Source: Nitrososphaerota archaeon (GTDB taxonomy: Archaea; Thermoproteota; Nitrososphaeria; Nitrososphaerales; Gagatemarchaeaceae). From it: a stretch of DNA of 64,000 nt. The translations under genes were made by a program, and so were the position numbers. Location: the NCBI GenBank assembly GCA_027887005.1, contig JAPCJI010000008.1, positions 2,162 through 66,161 on the forward strand, given 5' to 3'. Under the pieces are notes generated by a model. The model was not told the origin of the DNA, did not search any database, and saw nothing but the letters and a program-made list of their open reading frames with translations. Below, piece after piece: positions 1 to 9,567 of this stretch. Within the stretch, counting starts at the first letter, position 1, and every line of letters begins with the position of its first letter.

Positions 1-135
1 GAACATGCACCAGCACCCTCCCCAGACCCCGTTGTTGGCGGCGAAGAACTCCTCGAAGTCCGGCCAGGTTGCTTTGGAGAGCTGTTTGGATGAGCGCGCA
101 CCGTGCACGTGGGGCTCCGGAGACTCCGTCTTCAT
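1..135 (-). CDS. GNAT-family N-acetyltransferase, N-terminal part (runs off the window)
   Basis: Manual translation from ATG at 135: MKTESPEPHVHGARSSKQLSKATWPDFEEFFAANNGVWGGCWCMF. TWPDFE..F...GGCWCM is typical of one GNAT subfamily. Confidence 0.6.
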   Translation of the reverse strand, partial: MKTESPEPHVHGARSSKQLSKATWPDFEEFFAANNGVWGGCWCMF

Positions 136-203
136 CACTTCCGACCCTCTTCGAATCTATTTATAGAAGAGTCATCCGCTATACAACCTCTGGGTGATGA
201 CTA

Positions 204-872
204 GTGGGTCAATCTGAGTTAGACGCAGTATTGGGGACGGTGGAGAATCCCATAAGAAGGAGGATAATCGCTCGGTTGAGCCAGGAGCCCAACTACCAGC
301 TGCAGCTGTCGAAGGAGCTGGGCCTGAGTCAGCAGCTGGTCGCCAAGCACCTGGTTACCATGGAGGACGCGGGCCTCGTGAGCACCATGCTCGAGGACAG
401 TCCGAGGGGACCTCAGAGGAAGGAGTACCTGCTGAAGAAGAGCTTCTCGGTGACGATCGACCTAGCCCCAAGTTGGTTCAGGGCGCGGATCTTCTCTTTC
501 GGGGCGGTTCCGGGCGCCAATGAGCCGGGGGAGCACAGCCAGGTGATGGCTCAGGTAAACGACGCGCTGAGGTACCCGGAGGAAGCTTCGAAGATCAGGC
601 CGCTGGCGCAGATGATTGCCGAGGTTGACAGGAAGCTCCACGAAATGGAGGAGCAGAGGGCGGTACTGCTGTATCTCCGGGGCCTGGCGCTGAAGGAAGC
701 CGCGAAGGCGACGACGTCCCTTGGCACCGCAGACAGGAAGAAGGTGCTCAGGTACATCATGAGGGAGCAGAGGGACGGGATAGGGGACATGTCTGCGTCG
801 CTCGGCCTTCAGCAGAGGGTCGTCGGTGAGATTCTGGAAGAGATAGAAGAAGACCTAAACGCTTCAGACTAA
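204..872 (+). CDS. ArsR-like winged-helix transcriptional regulator with C-terminal coiled coil
   Basis: ENPIRRRIIARLSQEPNYQLQLSKELGLSQQLVAKHL HTH; GTG start; AT-rich box at about 158-165. Confidence 0.8.
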   Translation: MGQSELDAVLGTVENPIRRRIIARLSQEPNYQLQLSKELGLSQQLVAKHLVTMEDAGLVSTMLEDSPRGPQRKEYLLKKSFSVTIDLAPSWFRARIFSFGAVPGANEPGEHSQVMAQVNDALRYPEEASKIRPLAQMIAEVDRKLHEMEEQRAVLLYLRGLALKEAAKATTSLGTADRKKVLRYIMREQRDGIGDMSASLGLQQRVVGEILEEIEEDLNASD

Positions 873-899
873 AAAAGGAAGAAGAGGAGCGGTGCTCCT

Positions 900-1076
900 C
901 TACAGTCCTACATTCGGGAAATCGGCCTTGGGAACTCCAAGCTGGCCCTGTAGGGTCCGGATGCGGGTCGCGTACTCTTTCATCCTTGGATTGTCGTTCT
1001 GGACCTTGGCGATCCGATAGCCCTTCCAAGCCTTCCTTAAGGCTCCCCAGATTTGCCCCTTTTGGTATTCGGTCAT
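900..1076 (-). CDS. Small conserved hypothetical protein (58 aa)
   Basis: MTEYQKGQIWGALRKAWKGYRIAKVQ...; resembles small proteins recalled from Nitrososphaerota; ATG at 1076. Confidence 0.6.
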   Translation of the reverse strand: MTEYQKGQIWGALRKAWKGYRIAKVQNDNPRMKEYATRIRTLQGQLGVPKADFPNVGL

Positions 1077-1180
1077 TTGAATCTGCCAAGCAATGAGGCC
1101 GCATCGGGTATTTTGCGGGGGGAGTCTAGAGTAGTTGAGCCTGTAATCAACGGTCGCTACCCGCCTCGGCCAGGAGGCCG

Positions 1181-2026
1181 TCAGACCAGCGACCGGAGCA
1201 GGAGCCAGACGTTGCTCGGGTGCTCGGTTATCCTCCTCTTGGAGTAGGCGAACCACCTGTCCCCATAGGGGAGGTACTCCGAAAGGCTGTATCCCGAACC
1301 AACCAGCTCTCGCTTCAGCTCGTCGCGGATGCCCTTGAGCATCTCGAACTCGAATTCAGCGTGACTAGACCCCGCGAGCTTCTTCGCCTCGTCGATGAGG
1401 GCGGAGTCGTGGGTGCCCACAGCGAACCTGTCGCCTCCTTCGAAGAGCATCGCCAACAGCCTGCCGTAGTTGGCAGAGACTTCCTTCCTGCTTGGGAACA
1501 CTACCTCCCTGCTCTCACGATAGGCTCCCTTGACGAGCCTGACCATCGCACCCAGGTCCAAGAGGTGCTTGAGGTCGGCCTCGCTCCGTCTCATGTACGC
1601 CTGGAGAGCGATTCCCAGGTTCCGATGGCGTTCCAGAGTTCTCGCGTACATGGCGATGGTATCATCGGTGAACTTGGAGCCTTCCATGTCCACCCACAGG
1701 GCCTGGTTCAGTTTCCCTGCGTTTGCTGCCACCTTCTCGAACCGTGCCGCTGCTCCCGACTCGTCGGCTCCGAGGCCCAGCTGTGTAAGTTTGAGGGAAA
1801 CAAACCCTCTGACTCCCTTGTCCGCGATGGCCTGCTGCAGCCTGAGGTATTCGTCTGTGGCCGCGTCCGCAGCAGTGGGGTCGGTGATCTCCTCTCCAAG
1901 AAAGTTCACTACTGCACCCATTCCCCTGGCGTTGGCCTTCTGGGCGTCCTTCACGGCGGAATCGAGGTCCACCCCCGAAATCCAGCGCTTCGCCAGTCCT
2001 AGAAGGAACAGTTCCTTGAGTCCCAA
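1181..2026 (-). CDS. putB: Proline dehydrogenase (monofunctional ProDH)
   Basis: Motifs SLKLTQLGL, VDMEGS, LQAYMRR, VRLVKGAY, VGTHD and YLPYG..WFAYSKRR; likely TTG start at 2026. Confidence 0.9.
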   Translation of the reverse strand: MGLKELFLLGLAKRWISGVDLDSAVKDAQKANARGMGAVVNFLGEEITDPTAADAATDEYLRLQQAIADKGVRGFVSLKLTQLGLGADESGAAARFEKVAANAGKLNQALWVDMEGSKFTDDTIAMYARTLERHRNLGIALQAYMRRSEADLKHLLDLGAMVRLVKGAYRESREVVFPSRKEVSANYGRLLAMLFEGGDRFAVGTHDSALIDEAKKLAGSSHAEFEFEMLKGIRDELKRELVGSGYSLSEYLPYGDRWFAYSKRRITEHPSNVWLLLRSLV

Positions 2027-2084
2027 GACGGAGCATCGCCGACTGGACAAGATATTAACGGATTATGGCGAGACTGGTGGCGTG

Positions 2085-3185
2085 GTGACACCGAAGGCGA
2101 GCTATGCGGCGCGGCTGGCACGGCTAAGGGAGAACCTGTCGGCTGTCGACCTCGACGGCGTGGTAATCGTGCCAGGACCGAACATGCAATACTTCACTGG
2201 AGTCGAGTCGCTCCTCCTGGAAAGGCCGTTCATGCTCCTCGTCACGAGGGAGGGAGGCGCGAACCTGGTTGCGCCTGCGCTGGAGGCGGGGCCCTACAGG
2301 GAGTGTCCGATGCCCCTGGCGATTCACTCGTGGACGGATTCCCAGGGGTCGGCGGGTGCCATCAGCGAGGCGTCAAGTTCGGCTAGGCTCGGTGGGAGGT
2401 GGGGGGTCGAGGGGAAGGTCCCGTTCCTCTTTCTGAGCAAGCTGATGAGGTTGGGCGCGACGAAGTTTGAGGACGCGGAGCCGGTTCTGCAGGGGCTGAG
2501 GGAGGTCAAAGACGAAACCGAGGTAGGACTCCTAAAGAAGTCGGCGGAGATACTCGGCAAGTCGTTCGAAGGATTTCCTGACCTGATCAAGGACGGAGTC
2601 GCAGAGGCCTGGCTGGCGAAGGCGGCCACCGAACTGATCTACACGAATGGGGCGAGCAAGGTCGATGCGATGCTGGTCCAGTCTGGGGCGAGGGCGGCGG
2701 ACCCCCACTCCCTTCCGTCCTCCAAGAAGGTCAGGAGAGGGGAGAGCATCATCTTCGACGTCGGGGCCACCTTCGAGGGATACTACGCGGACATCACACG
2801 GACTTTCTGTATCGGGGCGGCCCGCGACGTTGAGAAGGTCTACCAGAAGGTCCTCGAAGCGGAGGAAGGTGCTATCCTGGCAGGGGCGGAGGGCGTCGAG
2901 GTGGGGAAGGTTGACGGGGCAGCCAGGGAAGTGCTGACCAGGGCGGGGCTGGGGGAGTATTTCATTCATAGGACTGGCCACGGATTAGGGCTCGAGGTCC
3001 ACGAAGCCCCGTACATCATCGAAGGGGGTAGGGAGAAGCTCAGGAGGGGGATGTGCTACACAGTCGAGCCCGGGGTCTATCGGAGAGGAAGGCTGGGGGT
3101 GCGCATCGAGGACGACGTGCTGGTCGAGGGGAGGAAGGGGGTCGTGACCACGGACACCCCGAAGGAATTCGGCTGGTGGAAGTAG
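2085..3185 (+). CDS. Xaa-Pro aminopeptidase/prolidase (M24B)
   Basis: DVG...YYADITRT, HRTGHGLGLEVHEAP, VEPGVY and GVRIEDD metal ligands; GTG start at about 2085 (the track ORF is over-extended). Confidence 0.9.
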   Translation: MTPKASYAARLARLRENLSAVDLDGVVIVPGPNMQYFTGVESLLLERPFMLLVTREGGANLVAPALEAGPYRECPMPLAIHSWTDSQGSAGAISEASSSARLGGRWGVEGKVPFLFLSKLMRLGATKFEDAEPVLQGLREVKDETEVGLLKKSAEILGKSFEGFPDLIKDGVAEAWLAKAATELIYTNGASKVDAMLVQSGARAADPHSLPSSKKVRRGESIIFDVGATFEGYYADITRTFCIGAARDVEKVYQKVLEAEEGAILAGAEGVEVGKVDGAAREVLTRAGLGEYFIHRTGHGLGLEVHEAPYIIEGGREKLRRGMCYTVEPGVYRRGRLGVRIEDDVLVEGRKGVVTTDTPKEFGWWK

Positions 3186-3186
3186 A

Positions 3187-3456
3187 CTACTTCGTCTTCG
3201 AGAACTGGGAGACCAGGGTCTGAGTGTCCTTGATGTACTTGATCTTCGAGACCTTGTCCAGGATTATCCGATAGATTCGTTCGTCGCTCGGGACGATTAT
3301 CTCCTTCTGGGACTCGACCACGGCCAGGATGTCCCATTCTCCGGGAACTATGTGTGCCTCCTTGACTTCCGACACCTTCATGAGGTCGTCGAGGACCTTC
3401 TTCTCGTGGCCGGGGGCCACCCTAAGGAGGATGAAGGCTTTCTGGAATTTTGCCAT
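3187..3456 (-). CDS. Stand-alone Lrp/AsnC ligand-binding (RAM) domain protein
   Basis: AFILLRVAPGHEKKV...EVKEAHIVPGEWDILAVVE...TQTLV; 89 aa, no HTH. Confidence 0.8.
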   Translation of the reverse strand: MAKFQKAFILLRVAPGHEKKVLDDLMKVSEVKEAHIVPGEWDILAVVESQKEIIVPSDERIYRIILDKVSKIKYIKDTQTLVSQFSKTK

Positions 3457-3513
3457 GATTGATGGAGCTGGAAAGGTTGCGCTTTTAAAACTCTCGTCGT
3501 TCGGAACGCTGCC

Positions 3514-5202
3514 ATGAAGAACCAGGAGGTTGCAGGGGTGCTCGACAGGCTCGGGGACCTGGTGGAGGCCAACGGGGAGGACCGGTTCAAGGTCATCGCG
3601 TACCATCGCGCCGCGACGAGTATCCGGAACATGGAGGAGGACGTGGAGGAGCTCTGGAGGCAGCAGAGGCTGGAGGAGATCAAGTACGTCGGAGAGGGGA
3701 TAGCGAGGAAAATCGACGAGTATCTCAGCACAGGGAAGCTGCGGATCCTGCAGGACTTGCAGGCGAAGACGCCTCCGGGGGTGCCGCTCCTGATGAAGGT
3801 CCAGGGAGTGGGGCCGAGAATTGCGCATAGGCTTTCCCACGAGCTCGGAATCACGAGCGTCGAGGAGCTGAAGAAGGCCCTTGAGACCGGGAGGCTGGAC
3901 AGCGAATTCGGCGCTAGCGCCAGAGCGTCGTTTCTGACAGGGATCGAGAAGCTTCAGAGCTTCGAGAAGAGGATGCTGCTCCCCGAGGCGGAGGGGGTCT
4001 TCCAGAAGCTGTCGGCCTACTTCGGAGCCCTCGGCATTCAGGTGGGGATGGCGGGGAGTCTGAGGAGGGGGAAGAGCACGGTGGGTGACCTGGACCTCCT
4101 CTCGACCGACGGTCGGGTGATGGAGGCGATGAAGAGGTGCCCCGGGGTCGCCCAGGTGTTGGAGAGCGGGCCCAAGCGCACCAGTGTGAAGCTAGAGGAG
4201 GGCGAGCAGGTGGACGTCCGGCTGTTCAGCGAGGACGAGTACGGGGCCGCATTGATGTACTTCACGGGGTCGAAGGACCATAACATCGCCCTGCGGAACC
4301 TCGCCATCGAGAAGGGTTGGAAGCTCAACGAGTATGGGCTGTTCGACAAAGGGGCCAAGAGGGTGGCCGGGAGGACTGAGGAGGAGGTGTACGCCAAGCT
4401 GGGACTCGGGTACATTCCTCCCGAGCTAAGGGAGAACCACGGGGAGATCGATGCCGCGCGGGAAGGAAAGCTCCCGGACCTGGTCAAATTGGACGACTTG
4501 AAGGGAGACGTCCAGATGCACACGACCTGGAGCGACGGGTCCGCCTCCCTGGAGGAGATGGCACTGGCCGGGAAGGAGCGGGGGTACGAGTACGTGGCGG
4601 TCACGGACCATTCAGTGTCGGTGAGGGTGGCCAATGGGCTCACAGAAGAGAGGTTCAGGAAGCAGTGGAATGAGATAGAGAGCCTGAACGATAAGCTGGC
4701 TCCCTTCAGGGTGCTCAGGGCGGTCGAAGTTGAGATCAAGAGTGACGGTTCGCTTGACTTCGACAGGAAGTTCCTGGACGAGTTCGACCTCGTGGGGGCT
4801 TCGCTTCACCAGAACTTCAGACAGGACGCGCAGAAGTTGACGGAGAGGGCGGTGAAGGCGCTGTCTCATCCGTCCGTCGACTTCCTCTGCCACCCAACCA
4901 ACAGGCTGATCGGGCGGAGGGAGGGGAATCCCATCGACCTCGGGAAGGTCATCAAGACCGCGAAGGACAACGGAAAGTCCCTGGAGATCGACGGGAGCCC
5001 GAAGAGGCTGGACATGGATGAGGTGTGGGGGAGGAAGGCTATGGAGGAGGGAGTACCTATTGTAATTGACTCGGACGCCCATGGAGTTGGAGAGCTGGAC
5101 AACGTGGGCTACGGGGTGACTGTGGCGAGGAGGGCCTGGGTTGGCGCGAAGTCCGTAATGAATGCGAAGAGTTTGAAAGGCCTTCTGAACTCCGTTTCGT
5201 GA
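3514..5202 (+). CDS. polX: DNA polymerase X with PHP domain
   Basis: 8-kDa domain, HhH (GVGP), GSLRRG..VGDLD, QVDVR, YFTGSKDHN; PHP motifs QMHT, TDH, HP, DSDAH. Confidence 0.95.
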   Translation: MKNQEVAGVLDRLGDLVEANGEDRFKVIAYHRAATSIRNMEEDVEELWRQQRLEEIKYVGEGIARKIDEYLSTGKLRILQDLQAKTPPGVPLLMKVQGVGPRIAHRLSHELGITSVEELKKALETGRLDSEFGASARASFLTGIEKLQSFEKRMLLPEAEGVFQKLSAYFGALGIQVGMAGSLRRGKSTVGDLDLLSTDGRVMEAMKRCPGVAQVLESGPKRTSVKLEEGEQVDVRLFSEDEYGAALMYFTGSKDHNIALRNLAIEKGWKLNEYGLFDKGAKRVAGRTEEEVYAKLGLGYIPPELRENHGEIDAAREGKLPDLVKLDDLKGDVQMHTTWSDGSASLEEMALAGKERGYEYVAVTDHSVSVRVANGLTEERFRKQWNEIESLNDKLAPFRVLRAVEVEIKSDGSLDFDRKFLDEFDLVGASLHQNFRQDAQKLTERAVKALSHPSVDFLCHPTNRLIGRREGNPIDLGKVIKTAKDNGKSLEIDGSPKRLDMDEVWGRKAMEEGVPIVIDSDAHGVGELDNVGYGVTVARRAWVGAKSVMNAKSLKGLLNSVS

Positions 5203-5245
5203 TTCAGCCCCAACTTAATAACGGAAGTTCGACCGCGGTTCAAAT

Positions 5246-5344
5246 GCGGGGGTACTCAAGCCTGGTCAACGAGGCGGGACTTAAGCGGTATCCTGAGAAA
5301 TCCCGTCCCTCAGGGGTTCGTGGGTTCGAATCCCACCCCCCGCA
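5246..5344 (+). tRNA. tRNA-Leu(TAA) with 14-nt canonical intron at 37/38 (5286-5299)
   Basis: Acceptor GCGGGGG/CCCCCGC-A; anticodon TAA at 5282-5284; long variable arm; GGTTCGAATCC; strict BHB (CTTA/TGAG helix, AGC and AAA bulges). Confidence 0.93.
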
Positions 5345-5437
5345 TCAACAGAACCGAGAAATTGAACGCCCCTAGGATTCCCCTTGCGCAATGCTTGTTT
5401 AGGTGATGGCAAAGACCGCGTCTAGTTCGAGCAACCG

Positions 5438-6034
5438 ATGAACCGGCTGGGTCCTGAAGATTACCAAAGCGGCAGACACATCAGGAAGTTGCTTCGTCTT
5501 GCGGGGGCAAAGGAGGAAGACGTGTTTTACGACCTCGGATGCGGGCGCGGTCAGCTCTGCATTGCTGCGGTCGCCGAGTTCGGAGTCAAGAAGGCGGTCG
5601 GAATCGAATTGCACAGGGGAAGGGCGGCCAAGGCAGCGGCCTCAGTTAGGAAGCAGGCATTGACAGACCGGATCCAAATCAGGAATGAGGACTTCATGGA
5701 GTCGGACATTTCCGAAGCGACCATCGTGTACTCTGGCCTCGAGGAAATCGAGGAGGATGTCCCCTTTTTCGAGAAGCATCTCGGTACTGGTTCAAGGGTC
5801 GTGAGCCTCTTCCTCCCCTTTGTGGGGATTCTACCTGATGCTGCGGACTATCCATTCTACTTGATGAAGATGCCATTCAAGAAGACGAAGGACGTGGATC
5901 TTTGGACTTCGAAGGTCCTGTCCAAGAGGACCTCCTTAGATGAGTTCTATGAAGAACTGGACGCTGACAGGGAGTACCGCTACGACAAGCGGGCCTTCAA
6001 GCGCATGATGAAGGAACGGTTCCAGGGGAGATGA
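5438..6034 (+). CDS. Class I SAM-dependent methyltransferase
   Basis: VFYDLGCGRG motif I, AVGIE, EDF. Confidence 0.85.
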   Translation: MNRLGPEDYQSGRHIRKLLRLAGAKEEDVFYDLGCGRGQLCIAAVAEFGVKKAVGIELHRGRAAKAAASVRKQALTDRIQIRNEDFMESDISEATIVYSGLEEIEEDVPFFEKHLGTGSRVVSLFLPFVGILPDAADYPFYLMKMPFKKTKDVDLWTSKVLSKRTSLDEFYEELDADREYRYDKRAFKRMMKERFQGR

Positions 6035-6119
6035 TTCGCCGCATGGAACGGCTCCCGCTCTGGGCGCGAGAACCTAGTCATTCGATTCCTGGTGTCGATT
6101 CCGGCCTTTCTGACCGGCT

Positions 6120-6698
6120 TCAGGGACGCGGCATGTCTTCCATGCCCATCAGATGACCGCCGAACCCGATTGCCCATAGAAGGACCGGGTACACCACCAT
6201 CCGCTCCATCCCGCCGGCACCCAGACCGAGGTAAATCTGGCCCACGTAGAGGATAAGGGCGAGCAGAGTCCCCGCTCCCAAAATCATGGCGAAGTATGAC
6301 AGTGGTGTCTTCTGGAACCTCGACGTGACGATGGCGGAAAGGCCGGCGAAGAGGAAGACGACTAGAGAAAAGATTGAATGCAGGGAAAACGGTGACCCTT
6401 CGGGAAACAAGCCCACACCCACCGCGCCGATGCCTGCCAGTACCATCAGACAGGTTGCGGGCTTCCAGTGAAAAGACCGCTGAAGGAATAACGCAGCGAC
6501 TAGCACAGAGACACCGAGGACCACAATTGACGGGTTGTAGATCTGGGAAGAGGGCAGGTTCGCGCCCAAGTCACTGATGTAGTTTGTCGAGACGCTGTAG
6601 CTTGGCCAGACTGCTTCGGCGACTATCATGAATATTCCGAACTGAACCGTGCCGATGAACAGCGCGACGCCTGCTTTCGCCGGGTTCGAGAACGTCAT
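6120..6698 (-). CDS. DUF998-family membrane protein
   Basis: YSVSTNYISDLG, GVGLFPE...LH, GGMERMVVYP; several TM helices. Confidence 0.8.
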   Translation of the reverse strand: MTFSNPAKAGVALFIGTVQFGIFMIVAEAVWPSYSVSTNYISDLGANLPSSQIYNPSIVVLGVSVLVAALFLQRSFHWKPATCLMVLAGIGAVGVGLFPEGSPFSLHSIFSLVVFLFAGLSAIVTSRFQKTPLSYFAMILGAGTLLALILYVGQIYLGLGAGGMERMVVYPVLLWAIGFGGHLMGMEDMPRP

Positions 6699-6767
6699 GC
6701 CCCTTTGCTCTCCCTATCTGCGTTAAAAATGTAAGCGAAGGGGGATTCACGGCCCGTCCCACGCTTC

Positions 6768-7367
6768 CTATTCCCCGAGAGGTCTTGGGAGAATCATCAA
6801 CCCCTCCTCGGGGTTACCGATAGCCCTGAACTCACCTTTGGCATAGTGGAGGCCGACGAGGGCAGAAGTGACCGCGTCCAGTTCGTCCCCGTTCAGCTCG
6901 CCTGAGGGACGTCCGAGGTCTATGCCGTACTTCTCCAGTGCAGCCGCAAGCAATGGGAGGCCCCCCTGCTTGCGGGGCATGCCCAGCAGATCCTGGATGG
7001 CCCCGGGGAAGCTCTCGATGACCTCGAGGCCGCCGCCTTCAAGGTCGGCTCTGAGCTTCATCCCCCGGGCCGTAAGCATTCGCATGGGGCCGAGCGATAT
7101 CGGGAAGAACCTGATATGCATCCTGAGGAGTTCCTTGTCGCATTCTCTGAAGTGCGGCGGGCCCCGCTTTTCCAAGCTCTCCCTTCCCTTGGGCAGGAAC
7201 AAGGGGGCGTCGATGCTCACGACCCTGGGTCGCGCAGCGAAGGTCTGCTCAAGTATCTCCGCGTTGGTGTGGAGGACCGCCGTGCGGCAGTGCATCCGGC
7301 TGTCCATGACGCAGAAGCCGGTGTTTCTCTTCTCGCTCCCCGCAAGGTCGATGCCAACTACGCTCAA
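6768..7367 (-). CDS. DUF429 predicted nuclease (RNase H-like fold)
   Basis: VVGIDLAG, SIDAPL, RECD, IESFP, DELDA; TTG start at 7367. Confidence 0.8.
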   Translation of the reverse strand: MSVVGIDLAGSEKRNTGFCVMDSRMHCRTAVLHTNAEILEQTFAARPRVVSIDAPLFLPKGRESLEKRGPPHFRECDKELLRMHIRFFPISLGPMRMLTARGMKLRADLEGGGLEVIESFPGAIQDLLGMPRKQGGLPLLAAALEKYGIDLGRPSGELNGDELDAVTSALVGLHYAKGEFRAIGNPEEGLMILPRPLGE

Positions 7368-7439
7368 TTCAATCTCGCCCCCCGAATCCCAACCTCCGGA
7401 ATGAGACCTTTTATCCGCCCCTGCCGAGATGGACACCGC

Positions 7440-8630
7440 ATGGATTTCCTTGCGGAGGCCGCGGCCATCGAGCCAGAAATCATCAAGACCAGGAGGATCA
7501 TACACCAGCGGCCTGAACTGGCCTACCACGAGACCGGGACTGCAAAGATCGTGGCGGAGAGGCTGGAAGCGCTTGGGATCAGCGTGAAGACGGGGGTGGG
7601 CGGAACAGGTGTGCTGGGGACCCTGAAGGGGGCGAAGAAGGGTAGAGTGGTCGCCTTGAGGGCAGACATGGACGCGCTTCCCGTGCAGGAGCTGGCAGAT
7701 GTTGAGTTCAAGTCCGGGAAGACGGGGGTGATGCACGCCTGCGGCCATGACACGCACGTTGCTATGCTCCTGGGGGCTGCCCGCATACTCGCAAACCACA
7801 GGAAGGATCTGCAGGGGACGGTGAAGTTCCTCTTCCAGCCTGCAGAGGAGAACGGGGGCAGGGGAGGAGCCATGCCAATGATCGAGGACGGGGTGATGAA
7901 GGACCCCAAGGTGGATTTCGTCTTTGGGCTTCACATCGACAGCAACCGGAACTCGGGCGTTTTCGGGATGAAGGAGGGCGCGATTGCGGCCGCCCCGGAC
8001 ACCTTCAAGATCAGGATAATCGGAAGAGGAGGGCATGGCTCGGCGCCCCATGAGACGGTCGACCCGATCTACATAGCCGCCCAGCTGATTCTGGCGCTGC
8101 AGGGGGTGTCATCCAGGATGATCGACCCAGTTAGGCCCTTCGTGATTTCCGTGGGCGCGGTCCACTCGGGGACCAAGGAGAACATAATCCCGGACGAGGC
8201 GGTGTTGGACGGCACGATAAGGACCCTTGACGAAGCGACCAGGCGGAGGGCGAAAACGAAAGTGGCTGAGGTGGCGAGGGGAGTGTGCAGGACCTTCGGC
8301 GCTCGCGCGGAGGTGGAGTTCGAGGAAGATGCCTACCCGGTGACGGTGAACGACGCGAAGGCGACGGAAGGCGCAGAAAAGGTCCTCAGGAGGATTCCGG
8401 GGACGAAGGTCAAGGAGATCGAGGCGATATTAGGAGGGGAGGATTTTTCGCGGTTCCTGCAAAAGGCGCCGGGAACATTCTACTTTCTGGGGACGAACAA
8501 TCCGTCTAAGGGATGCGTGTATCCAAACCACAGCTCGAGGTTCAAGGTGGACGAAGACGTCCTGAAGTACGGGGCGGCTTCGCTCGCCATGCTGGCGTTC
8601 GAATTCGGGAACCCAAAGGGACCGCAGTAG
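7440..8630 (+). CDS. M20D amidohydrolase/carboxypeptidase
   Basis: HQRPELAYHE, ALRADMDALP, MHACGHDTH, FQPAEE, GGHGS, GGEDF, NHS. Confidence 0.92.
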   Translation: MDFLAEAAAIEPEIIKTRRIIHQRPELAYHETGTAKIVAERLEALGISVKTGVGGTGVLGTLKGAKKGRVVALRADMDALPVQELADVEFKSGKTGVMHACGHDTHVAMLLGAARILANHRKDLQGTVKFLFQPAEENGGRGGAMPMIEDGVMKDPKVDFVFGLHIDSNRNSGVFGMKEGAIAAAPDTFKIRIIGRGGHGSAPHETVDPIYIAAQLILALQGVSSRMIDPVRPFVISVGAVHSGTKENIIPDEAVLDGTIRTLDEATRRRAKTKVAEVARGVCRTFGARAEVEFEEDAYPVTVNDAKATEGAEKVLRRIPGTKVKEIEAILGGEDFSRFLQKAPGTFYFLGTNNPSKGCVYPNHSSRFKVDEDVLKYGAASLAMLAFEFGNPKGPQ

Positions 8631-9542
8631 GTGGACAGAATCTACTCCACCAAGCTCGCCGACCGAGTCTACATGCTGGACACCTACGCGCTCGGCCAGC
8701 CGAAGACTGTCGCCGCCTACGTCATCAAGGGCCCGAAGGTCGCCCTGGTCGACTGCGGCTACGCTTCGTCCTATGAGAGTGTGCTCGAGGGACTGGCAGA
8801 GATCGGGGTCGCGCCGTCGGATGTGCGGTACCTAATCCCTACGCACGTGCATCTGGACCATTCTGGCGCAGCGGGGCGCCTGCTCAGGGACATGCCGAAC
8901 GCAGAGGTCATAGCTCATCAAAAGGCCGTCCCCCACCTTGTCGACCCAACGAAACTGATGGAGAGTGCAACGAAGGTCTTTGGCGAGGTGATCATGCAGC
9001 TCTACGGTGCGCCCGAGCCAATCCAGATGGGGAGGATCACGGCGGTCGACACGGAGGCCCACCTGGACCTGGGAGATGGGATGACTGCGACCCTGGTCCA
9101 CAGCCCCGGCCATGCTCCCCATCAGATTTCGGTGATGCTGGATGAGAGCAAGGACCTACTGACGGCGGACGCGGTCGGCATAGTCTATCCTGAGCTGAGC
9201 ACCGTGATTCCGACGACCCCTCCCCCGAGCTTCGACCCAGACCGGCTCGTATCGAGTGTGAGGTCCCTAGAGCTGATGGGCCCGGTCAGGCTTCTGACCC
9301 CTCACTTCGGACCCAGGTCGGACGTGGCCTATGTTTTCGAGAACACCAAGGAGAAGGTGATGCGGTGGGTGAGGGATGTGGGGGACATGAGAGGAAGGGG
9401 CGCGAGCGTCGACGACGCGGCGGTAGCCATGGAACTGAGGGTCTCGGCGGAGACCGGCGTAAAGGACCTGCCGATCTACGTGAAGGTCTCAATCAGGACC
9501 TCCGTGATGGGGATCATGCAGTATCTTAACAGGAAAACTTGA
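8631..9542 (+). CDS. Metallo-beta-lactamase-fold hydrolase
   Basis: THVHLDHSG, PGHAPH, TADA, PHFG. Confidence 0.88.
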   Translation: MDRIYSTKLADRVYMLDTYALGQPKTVAAYVIKGPKVALVDCGYASSYESVLEGLAEIGVAPSDVRYLIPTHVHLDHSGAAGRLLRDMPNAEVIAHQKAVPHLVDPTKLMESATKVFGEVIMQLYGAPEPIQMGRITAVDTEAHLDLGDGMTATLVHSPGHAPHQISVMLDESKDLLTADAVGIVYPELSTVIPTTPPPSFDPDRLVSSVRSLELMGPVRLLTPHFGPRSDVAYVFENTKEKVMRWVRDVGDMRGRGASVDDAAVAMELRVSAETGVKDLPIYVKVSIRTSVMGIMQYLNRKT

Positions 9543-9567
9543 ATATTCAGAAAGGGCGTTCGTTTTC

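Noticed and set aside
1136..1196. Possible structured ncRNA (GTTGA/TCAAC, CGGTCGCT/AGCGACCG and GGCC/GGCC stems)
   Set aside because: The longest stem uses the last codons of putB, stems are short in GC-rich DNA, and no C/D, H/ACA or riboswitch consensus could be assigned.
1530..8051. Apparent long overlaps from extended ORFs (1530-3185, 6768-8051, 7116-8630)
   Set aside because: Family homology begins at about 2085, 7367 and 7440 respectively; the extensions are open antisense frames, not fusions.
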